Positions 1-10,131 of a stretch of DNA of 64,000 bases are shown one piece after another. The notes beneath the pieces were generated by a model, which was not told where the DNA came from, made no database searches, and saw only the letters and a list, made by a program, of their open reading frames with translations. The position numbers and the translations under genes are program-made. The stretch is from an uncultured delta proteobacterium. Its GTDB lineage: Bacteria; Myxococcota_A; Polyangia; Polyangiales; Polyangiaceae. The stretch lies in contig CAWDXG010000004.1 in the NCBI GenBank assembly GCA_963806225.1, positions 3,712,001 to 3,776,000 of the forward strand, given 5' to 3'. The first letter of the stretch is position 1, and each line of letters starts with the position of its first letter.

Positions 1-1502
1 CGCGCCAGACGCGGCACCAGGCCGAGCGCCCATACGACGCTCCGGCCGCACACGAACAGCCCGCACGCCGACAGCATCAGGAACAGCGGGATGGTCGCGA
101 GGAAATAGCGCGCTCCGAGCAGACCATCGTGCTGCAACGTGCGACCCAGCGGCACGAAGGCCAACGCCAGATAGATCGCAATGCCCGCGAGCAACCGCCA
201 GCGGTTGACCAGCAGATACAGACCACCCGGCACCGCCAAGAGCACGGCGAGCGGCGAGACCCAGTGAGGCGGCGAGAACGCAACGTCCGGATACTGGAGG
301 ATCAGCTGGGAGGCTGCACTCCGGATGCCGTCCGCGTCGGGCATCGGGTGATGCGAAGGCACCACGACGAGGAAGTAGCAGACAAGGCCGATGGCAGCCC
401 AGGCACCGAGAAAGACCAGCGACAACCGCCGGCGCTGCGACGCCGTCGATGCGGGCTCCTCGGGATCGCGCAAAAAGCCCCACACGGCGATGGCAAGAAG
501 CTGCACCCACGCTTCCGCGCGGGTCAGCGCGACCGCCGCCAGCAACACGAGAGCCAGCGCGGCGTGCAGCTTCGAACCGAGCCGCTCCGCGCGAAGCCAT
601 AGCCACAGCGCGGTGAGCGTCAGCGTGGACGCCAGCACGTGCTGGCTCGCCGACGCCGAGATGCGGACGTGCAGTGGCGCCAGTGCGAACAACACGCCGA
701 GCGCAGCACCCACCGTGATGGGCAGCCGCCGTTCCCGCGCGATGGCGACGGCTATCGGGACGGCCAGGGCCCCGATCACGGCGTTGACCGTGAACAACGT
801 GGTGTCGCTCCACGGCAAGAGCGTCGACACCACGCGCTGGAGCACCAGGAACCCGGGACCGAAGCGGCTGCCCAGCGCGCCGGACGCCGGCAGCACCTCG
901 GCATACCAGTTGGCCAGCGCCGGCTGCACGGACAGACGCAGGAGCAGCGCAATACCAAGGCCGGAAGCCGCGACGAAGAGCCAGCTGTACTCGCCTCGCT
1001 CGCGTCGCTCCCGGCCGAGAAAACTCCGGAGCAGAAGCAGCAGCGCCAGCAGCAGCGCCAGCGCGAACACACCTACCGTCAGCCCGGCGGCGGGCACGGG
1101 CGTCTCTGCCCCGCTGGCGCCCTGCTGCCGCGTCAGCACCAGCGTGCCCACGGGTCGCCCGATCAACGTGCGGAGCTTCGCGTAGCTCGTCGGGCAGCTG
1201 CGTTCGACAGTGGGCGGCACGCTCGCCTGGAGCTCAGCTCCATCCAGATTGGGCGAGCGGAGGCAACCGCTCGGCGCGATGAGCACCGGCGGCAGCATGG
1301 CGCCCTTTCGGCTCCAGGTGACACGGGTCGCGCCGAGCCGGGTGTGGACGTCCTCCAGCTTGCAACCGTCGCGACCGGACAGGTCCTTCAGCTCCTCGAA
1401 AAGGTGCTTCACCTGGCTGGGCTTCAAGGCTCTGTCGCACGGCCGGAAGCCGTCCGGCTCCGCCGCGCGCGTGGCGGGGGCGAACAGCAGGGCTCCGAGC
1501 AC
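1..1502 (-). CDS. Multi-pass membrane protein, possibly GT-C fold glycosyltransferase-like (3' end beyond window; start uncertain)
   Basis: Absent from the ORF track because it runs off the edge. I translated the minus frame antisense to 639..1550 by hand; it is open to base 1. It has an N-terminal Cys-containing soluble domain followed by many hydrophobic helices (LFALAPLHVRISASASQH, LLAAVALTRAE, GARYFLATIPLF). The nearest start codon is GTG at 1502. Confidence 0.6.
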   Translation of the reverse strand, partial: MLGALLFAPATRAAEPDGFRPCDRALKPSQVKHLFEELKDLSGRDGCKLEDVHTRLGATRVTWSRKGAMLPPVLIAPSGCLRSPNLDGAELQASVPPTVERSCPTSYAKLRTLIGRPVGTLVLTRQQGASGAETPVPAAGLTVGVFALALLLALLLLLRSFLGRERRERGEYSWLFVAASGLGIALLLRLSVQPALANWYAEVLPASGALGSRFGPGFLVLQRVVSTLLPWSDTTLFTVNAVIGALAVPIAVAIARERRLPITVGAALGVLFALAPLHVRISASASQHVLASTLTLTALWLWLRAERLGSKLHAALALVLLAAVALTRAEAWVQLLAIAVWGFLRDPEEPASTASQRRRLSLVFLGAWAAIGLVCYFLVVVPSHHPMPDADGIRSAASQLILQYPDVAFSPPHWVSPLAVLLAVPGGLYLLVNRWRLLAGIAIYLALAFVPLGRTLQHDGLLGARYFLATIPLFLMLSACGLFVCGRSVVWALGLVPRLA

Positions 1503-1551
1503 AAGCAGCAGGACCAGGACGCGGTGGCGGGAGTAGCGGCAGGCGTCTAGA

Positions 1552-2052
1552 GTGCGTCGCGTGGCGTCACTGAAAGACCGGTTGGGCTGCGGCCTCGTTG
1601 TAGCTGGCGCGGGGGTCGTGCTGGTCCTATTCGTGATGTCGGTCGCGCGCACCGTGCAGCGCACGGAGCCCGAGCCTGCGCCTGCGCGCTCGGCACCCGT
1701 CGCGCCGGCGGACGCGCCGGTGGAAGCGAAAGGCTCACGCGCCCTGCTCGACGGGCTCGGCCCCGGCGACCGCGTGGAGGGCTGGCGCATCGCCCGCACG
1801 CGGATCGTCGATGGCAAGCGTCTCGCGATCGACGTGTGGCAGGGCAAGACGGGCTTCACGGTCTGGATCGCGCGGAAGGGCAGCGGCAAGCAACTCGCGC
1901 CGCGACAAACGGAGAAGTACGACTTCTCCGACGGCGAGGCGAGAACATATGGCGGGCCGATTCCGGACGGCGCCCAGAACAAGGTGCTCGACGCGATCGT
2001 CGCGCGTGTGAAACGCACCGAAGCGCGCGTGCCGACGCCACCCGGCCTGTAG
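1552..2052 (+). CDS. Hypothetical membrane-anchored protein
   Basis: 166-aa ORF with an N-terminal hydrophobic helix, a Pro/Ala linker and GC3-biased codons. Confidence 0.7.
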   Translation: MRRVASLKDRLGCGLVVAGAGVVLVLFVMSVARTVQRTEPEPAPARSAPVAPADAPVEAKGSRALLDGLGPGDRVEGWRIARTRIVDGKRLAIDVWQGKTGFTVWIARKGSGKQLAPRQTEKYDFSDGEARTYGGPIPDGAQNKVLDAIVARVKRTEARVPTPPGL

Positions 2053-2079
2053 CGCCCTACACGAAGCCCGCGAGCCGGC

Positions 2080-3291
2080 TCAGCGCCGGACCAGCCCCTT
2101 GCCGCGGGACAGGTGGTGCATCGCCTCGCTCAGGCCGTCGAGCGTCAGGTGATACATGGGGAACACCTCGCCGATCACCTTCGAGGTGCCACCGCCCCAG
2201 TACTGCGGCGGATCCGGGTTGAGCCACACGGCCTGCTCGAAGCGTTCCTTCAGCACCGTCAGCCAGTCGAGCCCCGAGAGCGCGCGGTCGCCGGCCGGCG
2301 AGCCCCACGGTCCGGTGCCGAGCAGCTCCCCCGGCGCCATCGCCGCGTCGCCCACCATGATCAGCTTCCAGCGCGAGTTGAGCTGGTCGGCTAGCCTCGG
2401 CACCTCGATAGGCTCCATCAGACTGTCGGTCGAGAACACCCGCCCGTAGACCGTGTTGTGGAAGTAGTACGTGCGCACTTCGCGGAAGTTCGACGCGCGC
2501 TTTGCCGCACTGAAAAGCTGCGAGCAGGTGTGGGCGAACGGATCCATCGAGCCGCCCACGTCCATGAGCAGAAGCACGCGCACGTTGCTGCGCCGCGGCG
2601 CGCGCGTGATGATCTCGAGCTCGCCCGCATTCCTCGCCGTCGCGTCGATGGTGGCCTCGATATCGAGCTCCTCCTCGACGCCCTCGCGCGTGAAGCTCCG
2701 GAGCTTCCTCAGTGCCATCTGGATCTGCCGCACGTCGAGCACCAGATCGGAGCGGTAGGGCCGGTACTTGCGAGCGTCCGCCATGCCCATCGCGCCGCCG
2801 CGGCCACCCTTGCCCTGCGAGCCGGAGCGCACGCTCATACCCGTCGGGTGGTAGCCGCCGGTGCCGAAGGGGCTGGTGCCGCCGGTTCCAATCCAGCGGT
2901 TGCCCCCTTCGTGCCGGCCCTTCTGCTCGCGCAGCCGCTCTTCGAACAGCTTCCGCAGCTCCTCCGGGCTCAAGTGCTCGAGCGCCGCCTTCTGCTCGTC
3001 GGTGAGGCCTTCCAGAACCTTCGGGTCCTTCAGCCACTCGTCCAGCTCGTCGTAGAGCTTCTGCGACTCGACCACGATGCCCTTGAAGTGCGCGAGGAAA
3101 GCCTCGTCGAACTTGTCGAGATCGGTCTCCGTGTGCACGAGCAGCGCGCGCGCCAGGTAGTAGAAGCCGTCAAGCGAGCTTTCGTGCAGGCCGAGCGACA
3201 TCGCCTTCGCAAGCTGCACGGCTTCCTGCGTGCCGACCTTGAGCTTCCTGTGGCGGAGCTCGTAGATGAAGGGAACGATGACGTCGCTCAT
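2080..3291 (-). CDS. VWA domain protein, CoxE-like
   Basis: Contains the family-typical GGNRWIGTGGTSPFGTGGYHP motif, a MIDAS-like LLLMDVGGSM, VGDAAMAP and VWLNP. The ATG at 3291 follows the upstream stop closely. Confidence 0.85.
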   Translation of the reverse strand: MSDVIVPFIYELRHRKLKVGTQEAVQLAKAMSLGLHESSLDGFYYLARALLVHTETDLDKFDEAFLAHFKGIVVESQKLYDELDEWLKDPKVLEGLTDEQKAALEHLSPEELRKLFEERLREQKGRHEGGNRWIGTGGTSPFGTGGYHPTGMSVRSGSQGKGGRGGAMGMADARKYRPYRSDLVLDVRQIQMALRKLRSFTREGVEEELDIEATIDATARNAGELEIITRAPRRSNVRVLLLMDVGGSMDPFAHTCSQLFSAAKRASNFREVRTYYFHNTVYGRVFSTDSLMEPIEVPRLADQLNSRWKLIMVGDAAMAPGELLGTGPWGSPAGDRALSGLDWLTVLKERFEQAVWLNPDPPQYWGGGTSKVIGEVFPMYHLTLDGLSEAMHHLSRGKGLVRR

Positions 3292-3292
3292 G

Positions 3293-4951
3293 CTATTCGG
3301 CGCTGCCCGGGCCACAGCGTGCGTCGCCGGGCGTGGAGACCATGACGTCGTAGTCGCCCACATCGACCCGCGCCAGCGGCACCACCACGGCTCCCGAGAA
3401 ACGCCCGCTGTCGTCCGTCGCCAGGGACCCGATCGGGATGGTCCGTCCGGACGAGGTCGCGAGCTTGACGTCGACGCGGGCGTGCGGACATCCGTCGCCG
3501 TCCGCGACCACGCGCCCGCGAAGCTTCAGCGGTTCGCCGCGGCGCACCTGGCTCTCGCCGAGGGTCAGGCTCAGCTCTGCCGGAGGACGCTTGTCGTCGG
3601 CCGAGGGCGCGGTATCGGCCGGCGTAGACGCGGGCTCGGGGGGCTCGGCGGGCTTTGCGGACGAGCTGGACGCCGCGCTGCTGGACGAGCCGCCGGGCTG
3701 GCTACCCGAGGTCCGCGCGTGGTCGGCCATCTCGAGCCCGCTCCCGGAGCCCTTCGGCCACGGATAGGGATCGCGGGGCGGCGAGTGGACGGGGCGGGCG
3801 TCATCGCGCTTCAAGTCCAGACGACCTGCCGCACCGCCGAGGTCGATGCGATGCCAGAGGCTGCCGTCGTACACCTCGACCCAGGCGTGCGCCTCGTTCC
3901 TGATCATGCGGGTCGGCAGCCCCAGCACCAGGGCCGTGATGGTGAAAGCGTAGGCGCGGTGGCGGCAGACGCCCTTCTGCGAGAGCGCGAGCTCCTGGTA
4001 GAGCGCGGCGCCGCTTCCCTTCGGAAGATCCGACGAGGGCTGGAAATCGCGGAAGTGCGCCACCAGCGTCGCCACCGCGGCCCGCGGCGTGATCGCCTGC
4101 GACACCCCGAGCTCGTCGAGCACCGTCTGCGCGGCGGTCCGCGCGCTGTCGGGCAGCTTCGGCAGCGACCCCGCGAGCGTGCGCCACGACACGTCCGCGA
4201 ACGGACTGCCGAACACCGAGCGCTGGATCGCGAGCTGCAGGGTCAGACGCACGCGCTTGCGCACGGCGGCCTTGATGAACCAGTTGTCCGCGCCATCCCG
4301 GTACAACTGGAAGCGCAGCGGAGGGTCCACCGTGGCCGCAAGCACGCGCGTGCCGGGCCCCACGCTCGGGATGCGGACCGGCGTGTTCTCGGTCAGGTCG
4401 ACCACCATGTCCCCGTAGAACTGGTCATCGCCCGCCTGGACGCTGCCGCCGACGGGGATCGGCCTCAGGCGCTTGTTCGCGACGACCAGCTCGAGCTCTG
4501 GATCGACGGCATCGAAAGCGTACAGCCGCTTGAATGGCGTGATGGCAGGGCTGAACGGGTCGTCGTAGCCGACCTCGTCCGGACGCGTCGTATCGCGATC
4601 GATGCGGTAGGTCGCGTCGACGCTGTTCGGCGTGGAGCCGCCGCCGTAGGCCGTCCCGTTCCCGGCCGGGTTCTGCTCGGTGTCGGGCGCGGTCACCACA
4701 CCGCTCGGCGTCTCCAGCGCGGCCGGCATCGAGCCGCTCCGCGTGGTGGCGTTCAGGCGCAGATCCTCGGCGGGGTCGGGCTTGATGTATTCGTGCTCGA
4801 TGGGTCCGCCCGCCTGTGCCGGCACCGCGACAGCGAGCAGCAGCACCAGCAGCGCCGGCGCGCGCCACACAGAGTGGCGTCGGCGGGTCGCGGTACGCAG
4901 TCCGGGCACCCCGGGAGCGTAGGCCCGCGCGGCCGCAGCGACCAGTCGCAT
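3293..4951 (-). CDS. Secreted transglutaminase-like domain protein with C-terminal Ig-like domain
   Basis: Cys-His-Asp motifs GVCRHRA / HAWVEV / IDL and a signal-like LLVLLLAVAVPAQA. Start is ATG 4951 or GTG 4870. The track's extension to 5749 is repeat read-through. Confidence 0.8.
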   Translation of the reverse strand: MRLVAAAARAYAPGVPGLRTATRRRHSVWRAPALLVLLLAVAVPAQAGGPIEHEYIKPDPAEDLRLNATTRSGSMPAALETPSGVVTAPDTEQNPAGNGTAYGGGSTPNSVDATYRIDRDTTRPDEVGYDDPFSPAITPFKRLYAFDAVDPELELVVANKRLRPIPVGGSVQAGDDQFYGDMVVDLTENTPVRIPSVGPGTRVLAATVDPPLRFQLYRDGADNWFIKAAVRKRVRLTLQLAIQRSVFGSPFADVSWRTLAGSLPKLPDSARTAAQTVLDELGVSQAITPRAAVATLVAHFRDFQPSSDLPKGSGAALYQELALSQKGVCRHRAYAFTITALVLGLPTRMIRNEAHAWVEVYDGSLWHRIDLGGAAGRLDLKRDDARPVHSPPRDPYPWPKGSGSGLEMADHARTSGSQPGGSSSSAASSSSAKPAEPPEPASTPADTAPSADDKRPPAELSLTLGESQVRRGEPLKLRGRVVADGDGCPHARVDVKLATSSGRTIPIGSLATDDSGRFSGAVVVPLARVDVGDYDVMVSTPGDARCGPGSAE

Positions 4952-4965
4952 GCCGAGCGGGAGTC

Positions 4966-6070
4966 GGCGCAGCGAAGCAAGCCCGCGATGAGCGAAGCGA
5001 ATCGCATCGGGGGTCCGGGGGCGGTGAGCCCCCGGCGGAGGATTCCGGCGGGGGTGGGCGGGCGGGACACAAACCATCTCACGCCGCCCACCGCCGTAGG
5101 GCAAAGCGAAGCGAGCCCCCGCCCATTGCCGTAGGGCAAAGCGAAGCGAGCCCCCGCCCCGCGCCGTAGGGCGAAGCGAAGCGAGCCCCCGCCCATTGCC
5201 GTAGGGCAAAGCGAAGCGAGCCCCCGCCCCGCGCCGTAGGGCGAAGCGAAGCGAGCCCCCGCCCATTGCCGTAGGGCAAAGCGAAGCAAGCCCCCGCCCC
5301 GCGCCGTAGGGCGAAGCGAAGCGAGCCCCGGCGCAGCGAAGCAAGCCCGCGCCGAGCGAAGCGAGGCGCGTCGGGGGTCCGGGGGCGGTGAGCCCCCGGC
5401 GGAGGACTACGGCGGGGGTGGGCGGGCGGGACACAAACCATCTCACGCCGCCCACCGCCGTAGGGCAAAGCGAAGCAAGCCCCCGCCCATTGCCGTAGGG
5501 CAAAGCGAAGCAAGCCCCCGCCCCGCGCCGTAGGGCGAAGCGAAGCGAGCCCCGGCGCAGCGAAGCAAGCCCGCGCCGAGCGAAGCGAGGCGCGTCGGGG
5601 GTCCGGGGGCGGTGAGCCCCCGGCGGAGGACTACGGCGGGGGTGGGCGGGCGGGACACAAACCATCTCACGCCGCCCACCGCCGTAGGGCAAAGCGAAGC
5701 GAGCCCCCGCCCACCGCCGTAGGGCAAAGCGAAGCGAGCCCCCGCCCATTGCCGTAGGGCAAAGCGAAGCAAGCCCCCCGCCACACGCCGTAGGGCGAAG
5801 CGAAGCGAGCCCCGGCGCAGCGAAGCAAGCCCGCGCCGAGCGAAGCGAGGCGCGTCGGGGGTCCGGGGGCGGTGAGCCCCCGGCGGAGGACTACGGCGGG
5901 GGTGGGCGGGCGGGACACAAACCATCTCACGCCGCCCACCGCCGTAGGGCAAAGCGAAGCGAGCCCCCGCCCATTGCCGTAGGGCAAAGCGAAGCAAGCC
6001 CCCGCCCATTGCCGTAGGGCAAAGCGAAGCAAGCCCCCCGCCACACGCCGTAGGGCGAAGCGAGCCCCAG
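4966..6070. repeat. Hierarchical REP/BIME-like intergenic repeat array
   Basis: A 127-bp block starts at 4966, 5330, 5554 and 5814. The blocks are followed by 7, 3, 4 and 4 copies of a ~35-bp unit GCCGTAGGGCRAAGCGAAGCRAGCCCCCGCCC(ATT/CGC/ACC). Internal inverted repeats are present. Confidence 0.95.
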
Positions 6071-6079
6071 CGCGGGATG

Positions 6080-6379
6080 TCAACGATGCCAGGCGTAGCC
6101 CGGCTTCGCGCTCTCCCAGTGCCCTTTCACCCAGACGTAGCGCACCCCGTCCCAGTGCCAGTAGCCCCGGACCCAGACCTTCTGGAGGGTGCGGTCGGGG
6201 GCCGGCGCGGGCTCGGCACCGGCACGCGGGCCCGGCACCAGCAGGCCACCGGCCGTGCGTTGATCGCTGGGCGGAGGCGGCGGGCCGTGCTGGGACTCGC
6301 TGCGCGTGGGACGGGCGGGCGCCGTCGCGACGCAGCCGCCGCACAGGGCGACGAGCAGGACCAGGGCCGCGAGGCGCAT
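6080..6379 (-). CDS. Small lipoprotein with YXWGXW/WXXGXW repeat
   Basis: Lipobox-like MRLAALVLLVALCGGC, Pro-rich linker, then VWVRGYWHWDGVRYVWVKGHWE. Confidence 0.8.
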   Translation of the reverse strand: MRLAALVLLVALCGGCVATAPARPTRSESQHGPPPPPSDQRTAGGLLVPGPRAGAEPAPAPDRTLQKVWVRGYWHWDGVRYVWVKGHWESAKPGYAWHR

Positions 6380-6427
6380 GGACGGACTGTGGCGCCGCGG
6401 CGGCCGAGTGTCTACGCTGCGCGGGCC

Positions 6428-7567
6428 ATGGCTTCGATCAAAGAGCAGCTCGCGCAGCTCCCGCTGGACATGCAGACGCTGCTGGAACGGCACCACTTCG
6501 ACCCGGCGCGCTTCGAACGGCTGGCCGCGCGCCTGAGGAGCGGCCCCGTCGATCACGCTGCGGAAAATCGCGTGCGCGGCAGCGTCGAGCCGCCGCGACC
6601 CGACGACGTGAGCGATCTGCCCGCAAGCGGCTCGCGCGAGTGGCTGCGCCTGGAGGCGAAGGGGCTCGAGGCACTCGGAAATGGCCACTGCGCACTGGTC
6701 GTGCTGGCGGGCGGCATGGCCACGCGGATGGGCGGCGTGGTCAAGGCGCTGGTCGAGGCGCTGCCCGGCCGCACCTTCCTCGACCTGAGGCTGGCGGAGA
6801 TGCAGGCTCTCGAAAAGCGTGTGGGGCGCCGCGTGCCGCTCTGGCTCATGAGCAGCCACGCGACCGACGCCGCGCTGCGCGAGGCGCTGGGCGATCACAT
6901 CGACGGCGAGAGCGTCGCGGTCTTCCCGCAGTCGCTCTCGCTCCGGCTCACTCCCGGCGGCGATCTATTCCACGACGCTGCGGGCAAGGTGAGCGAGCAC
7001 GCGCCCGGACACGGCGACCTGCCCGACGCGCTGCGCGAGAGCGGTCTTCTGGGCCGTTTCGTACAGCGCGGCGGCCGCATGCTGATGATGGCGAACCTCG
7101 ACAACCTGGGCGCCACGGTGGACCCCGCGGTGATCGGCTGGCACCTGGCTCAGCAGACGCAGGTGACCTGCGAGGTGGTCGACAAGGTCGGCTCCGATCG
7201 CGGCGGCGTCCCCGTGCGGCTCGACGGGCGCCCGGTGGTGCTCGAAGAGTTCCGCCTGCCGGAGGGGTTCGATCCTGCGCAGGTCCGCGTGTTCAACACC
7301 AACACGTTCCACTTCGACGCCCGCGCCCTGAGTGACCTCGACATGGACTGGACCTTCTTCGCCGTGAACAAGAAGGTGGATGAGCAGCCCGTGATCCAGT
7401 TCGAGCGGCTGGTGGGGGAGGTGACGAGCCACCTGGAAACACGCTTTCTGCGCGTTTCCAGGCAAGGCGGAAGCTCGCGCTTCCTGCCGGTCAAGGATCC
7501 CGCCGAGCTCGAAGCCCGCCGACCCGAGATCGAAGCCGTGGCGCGAGCCCGCGGGTTTTCCACATGA
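6428..7567 (+). CDS. UTP--glucose-1-phosphate uridylyltransferase / UDP-sugar pyrophosphorylase (UDPGP family)
   Basis: LAGGMATRMGG..K, PGHGD, ANLDNLGA, FNTNT and RFLPVK motifs; ATG at 6428. Confidence 0.85.
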   Translation: MASIKEQLAQLPLDMQTLLERHHFDPARFERLAARLRSGPVDHAAENRVRGSVEPPRPDDVSDLPASGSREWLRLEAKGLEALGNGHCALVVLAGGMATRMGGVVKALVEALPGRTFLDLRLAEMQALEKRVGRRVPLWLMSSHATDAALREALGDHIDGESVAVFPQSLSLRLTPGGDLFHDAAGKVSEHAPGHGDLPDALRESGLLGRFVQRGGRMLMMANLDNLGATVDPAVIGWHLAQQTQVTCEVVDKVGSDRGGVPVRLDGRPVVLEEFRLPEGFDPAQVRVFNTNTFHFDARALSDLDMDWTFFAVNKKVDEQPVIQFERLVGEVTSHLETRFLRVSRQGGSSRFLPVKDPAELEARRPEIEAVARARGFST

Positions 7568-10131
7568 AACAACATCGCTATCTGTTCCTGCTGGTCGCGC
7601 TGACGCTGTTGTGCGCCAGCCTCGGCGCCGACGCGCAGCAGCCCATCCGGCGTCCCGGTCCACTGCCCGCCCTCGGGCGCAGCGTCGCGACCGATGACGA
7701 CACCACCGCGCTGGTGCTGAACCCGGCCAACCTCGCCTTCATGCCAGCGGCGGAGCTGCGCTGGTCGAGCATCTACCTGGACGAGAACAACAGCGTGCCG
7801 TGGCAGGGGCACGCCGTGGCGCTCGGCTTCCCGCTGCCTCTGGTGCCGCTCGCCACCGGGCTGCGCTTCGACATGATCGAGCCGCCCGCAGGCGCCGGCT
7901 CGTTCGCGCCTTATCCGTCCTCGGGACGCTCGACCGATCGCTTCGCGACCGACAACTACCAGTGGCTGACCTGGGGGCTTGCGCTGGGGAGCTCCGACAC
8001 GGCGTCGATCGGCATCAGCTACCAGCACTCGTACTCGCGCGTGCTGCAGGCCGACGGCTACAGCGGCTGGAGCGCCGGGCTCAGCTGGCGCCCCTTCGAC
8101 CAGATCGCCCTGTCCGGCGTCGCGCACGATTTCAATAGTCCGGTCAGCACCGGCGGCACACGGCTGGATCCGTCGTTCGACATGGGCGTGGCCGTTCGGC
8201 CCTTCGGCACGCGCACGGCCGAGCTGGGGCTGGAAGCCCGCTACATCGACTCCGGCAAGGGCGTGTGGGTACCGCGCGCCACGCTCGGCATCGACATCCC
8301 GCCCCTCGGCAGGCTGCGTGGCGGCTTCTCGATGAGCAACCCCCAGAACGGGCCCTCCGACCCACAGGGCCGTGCCTGGGTCGCGTCGGCGGCGCTCGCC
8401 ATCTATCTGAACGCGCCGGCGGGCTCGATGGAGGCGGCCGGTGGCAGCGTCACGGGCAACGGCCTCGGAAGGAACAACAGCTACGGCGTGCAGACCGAGG
8501 TCGCGTTCAAGGGCTTCCGCGAGCCAGCCGGTCCCGAGCTCCCGCGCTACGCGATCCGCATCCGCATCGAGGACACGCCGGGCGCGCGCGAGCACGTGGC
8601 GCTGCTCCGGCAGCTGTGGTCGATCGCCGACGACGAGCCGTCGGTGGACGCCGTGGTGTTCGAGCTGCGCACGGCGCCCGCCACGTCGCTGGCGCACGTC
8701 GAGGAGCTGCGCGACGCCATCCACCACCTGCGCGCAAAGGGCAAGCGCGTACTGTGCCACCTGGAGGACGCGACCGGCTCCGCCCTCTACATGTGCGCGG
8801 CGGCGAACCGCATTCTGATGAACCCGGCCGGCGGCCTGCGCTTCGCCGGCCTGCGCACGCAGTACATGTACTTCGCCGGCCTGATGAAGAAGCTCGGAAT
8901 CCGCGCCGATTTCGTGCGCATCGGCAAGCACAAGAGCGCGCCGGAGCAGTTCACACGCGAGGGCGCGAGCCCCACGGCCCGGGCCGACACCATCGATCTG
9001 CTACAGCAGTACGAGCGGCGCTTCATGCAGGGCGTCGCAACCGGGCGCCACCTTGCAATCGACAAGCTGCGCGCCAGCATCGCCAAGGGCCCCTTCGTCG
9101 CCAGCGAGGCCAAGTCCGCGGGGCTCATCGACGGCTACGCGTTCGACGACCAGATCGGCGACGCCGTCGACCGGCTTGTGGGGCGAAAGACGCTGCTCAT
9201 CAAGGACCAGCGCGCACCCCGCGCCCCCGAGCGCTTCGGCAACGTCAAGCGCGTCGCGCTGGTCTACGTCGACGGCGACATGATCGACGGCCGCAACAAG
9301 ACCATCCCCCTCATCGGCACGCGCCTGGCCGGCTCCTACACGATTGCCGACACCATGAAGAAGGTCCGCGAGGACTCGTCGGTGGGCGCCGTGGTGCTCC
9401 GCATCGAATCGCCGGGCGGCTCCGCCATGGCCGCCGACGTGATGTGGCGCCAGATCGAGCTCACCGCGAAGGTCAAGCCGGTGGTCGTCAGCATGGGCAG
9501 CTACGCGGCCAGCGGCGGCTACTACATCGCGTCGCCCGCGACGCGCATCTTCGCCAATCCGCTCACCGTCACCGGCAGCATCGGCATCTTCTACGGCAAA
9601 GCCGACATCGCGCAGCTGCTGCGCAAGATCGGCGTGAACGTGGAAACCTACAAGACCGCGCCTCGCGCGGACGCGGAGTCGATCTTCCGCCCCTTCACCA
9701 AGGCCGAGCGCAAGGAGCTCGAGCACAAGGTGGCGCAGTTCTACGACACGTTCCTGTCGCGGGTGGCCAAGGGGCGCGGCATGAGCAAGCAGGCTGTGGA
9801 CAAGGTGGGGCGCGGGCGCGTGTGGACGGGCGAACAGGCGCAGGCGCGCGGCCTGGTCGATCAGCTCGGCGGCCTCAGGGAAGCGCTCGCCTACGCCCGC
9901 GCCAAGGCCGGAATGCCGCGCGACACACCCATCGAGGAGCTGCCGCCGCCGAACACGACGCTCATCGGCAAGCTGCTCGGCATCGAGGGCATCCATGCGA
10001 GTGCCGGCAGCGCAGTCGTGCAATCGCTGCCGCCGCAGGTGTTCGACCTGGTCCAGGCGCTGAGCCCCTTCGTAGTCCACCCGCCCGACCACCCGATGGC
10101 CCGCATGGAGCTCGTCCCCATCGGCCCATGA
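7564..10131 (+). CDS. sppA: Signal peptide peptidase SppA (S49) with large N-terminal extension
   Basis: Tandem S49 domains: GKHKSA (catalytic Lys), [15 protein letters not shown] (catalytic Ser), TGSIGI and GRVWTG. ATGA overlap with the upstream stop. Confidence 0.92.
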   Translation: MKQHRYLFLLVALTLLCASLGADAQQPIRRPGPLPALGRSVATDDDTTALVLNPANLAFMPAAELRWSSIYLDENNSVPWQGHAVALGFPLPLVPLATGLRFDMIEPPAGAGSFAPYPSSGRSTDRFATDNYQWLTWGLALGSSDTASIGISYQHSYSRVLQADGYSGWSAGLSWRPFDQIALSGVAHDFNSPVSTGGTRLDPSFDMGVAVRPFGTRTAELGLEARYIDSGKGVWVPRATLGIDIPPLGRLRGGFSMSNPQNGPSDPQGRAWVASAALAIYLNAPAGSMEAAGGSVTGNGLGRNNSYGVQTEVAFKGFREPAGPELPRYAIRIRIEDTPGAREHVALLRQLWSIADDEPSVDAVVFELRTAPATSLAHVEELRDAIHHLRAKGKRVLCHLEDATGSALYMCAAANRILMNPAGGLRFAGLRTQYMYFAGLMKKLGIRADFVRIGKHKSAPEQFTREGASPTARADTIDLLQQYERRFMQGVATGRHLAIDKLRASIAKGPFVASEAKSAGLIDGYAFDDQIGDAVDRLVGRKTLLIKDQRAPRAPERFGNVKRVALVYVDGDMIDGRNKTIPLIGTRLAGSYTIADTMKKVREDSSVGAVVLRIESPGGSAMAADVMWRQIELTAKVKPVVVSMGSYAASGGYYIASPATRIFANPLTVTGSIGIFYGKADIAQLLRKIGVNVETYKTAPRADAESIFRPFTKAERKELEHKVAQFYDTFLSRVAKGRGMSKQAVDKVGRGRVWTGEQAQARGLVDQLGGLREALAYARAKAGMPRDTPIEELPPPNTTLIGKLLGIEGIHASAGSAVVQSLPPQVFDLVQALSPFVVHPPDHPMARMELVPIGP

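Noticed and set aside
4952..6009. ORFs running through the repeat (818-aa extension, 4753..5289, 5079..5513, 5443..6009)
   Set aside because: The 35-bp period is not a multiple of 3, so the same peptides recur in all frames. This is stop-poor repeat DNA, not protein.
4966..6070. CRISPR array (35-bp periodicity)
   Set aside because: The units abut with only a few variable bases, there are no unique spacers, and no cas genes are in the window.
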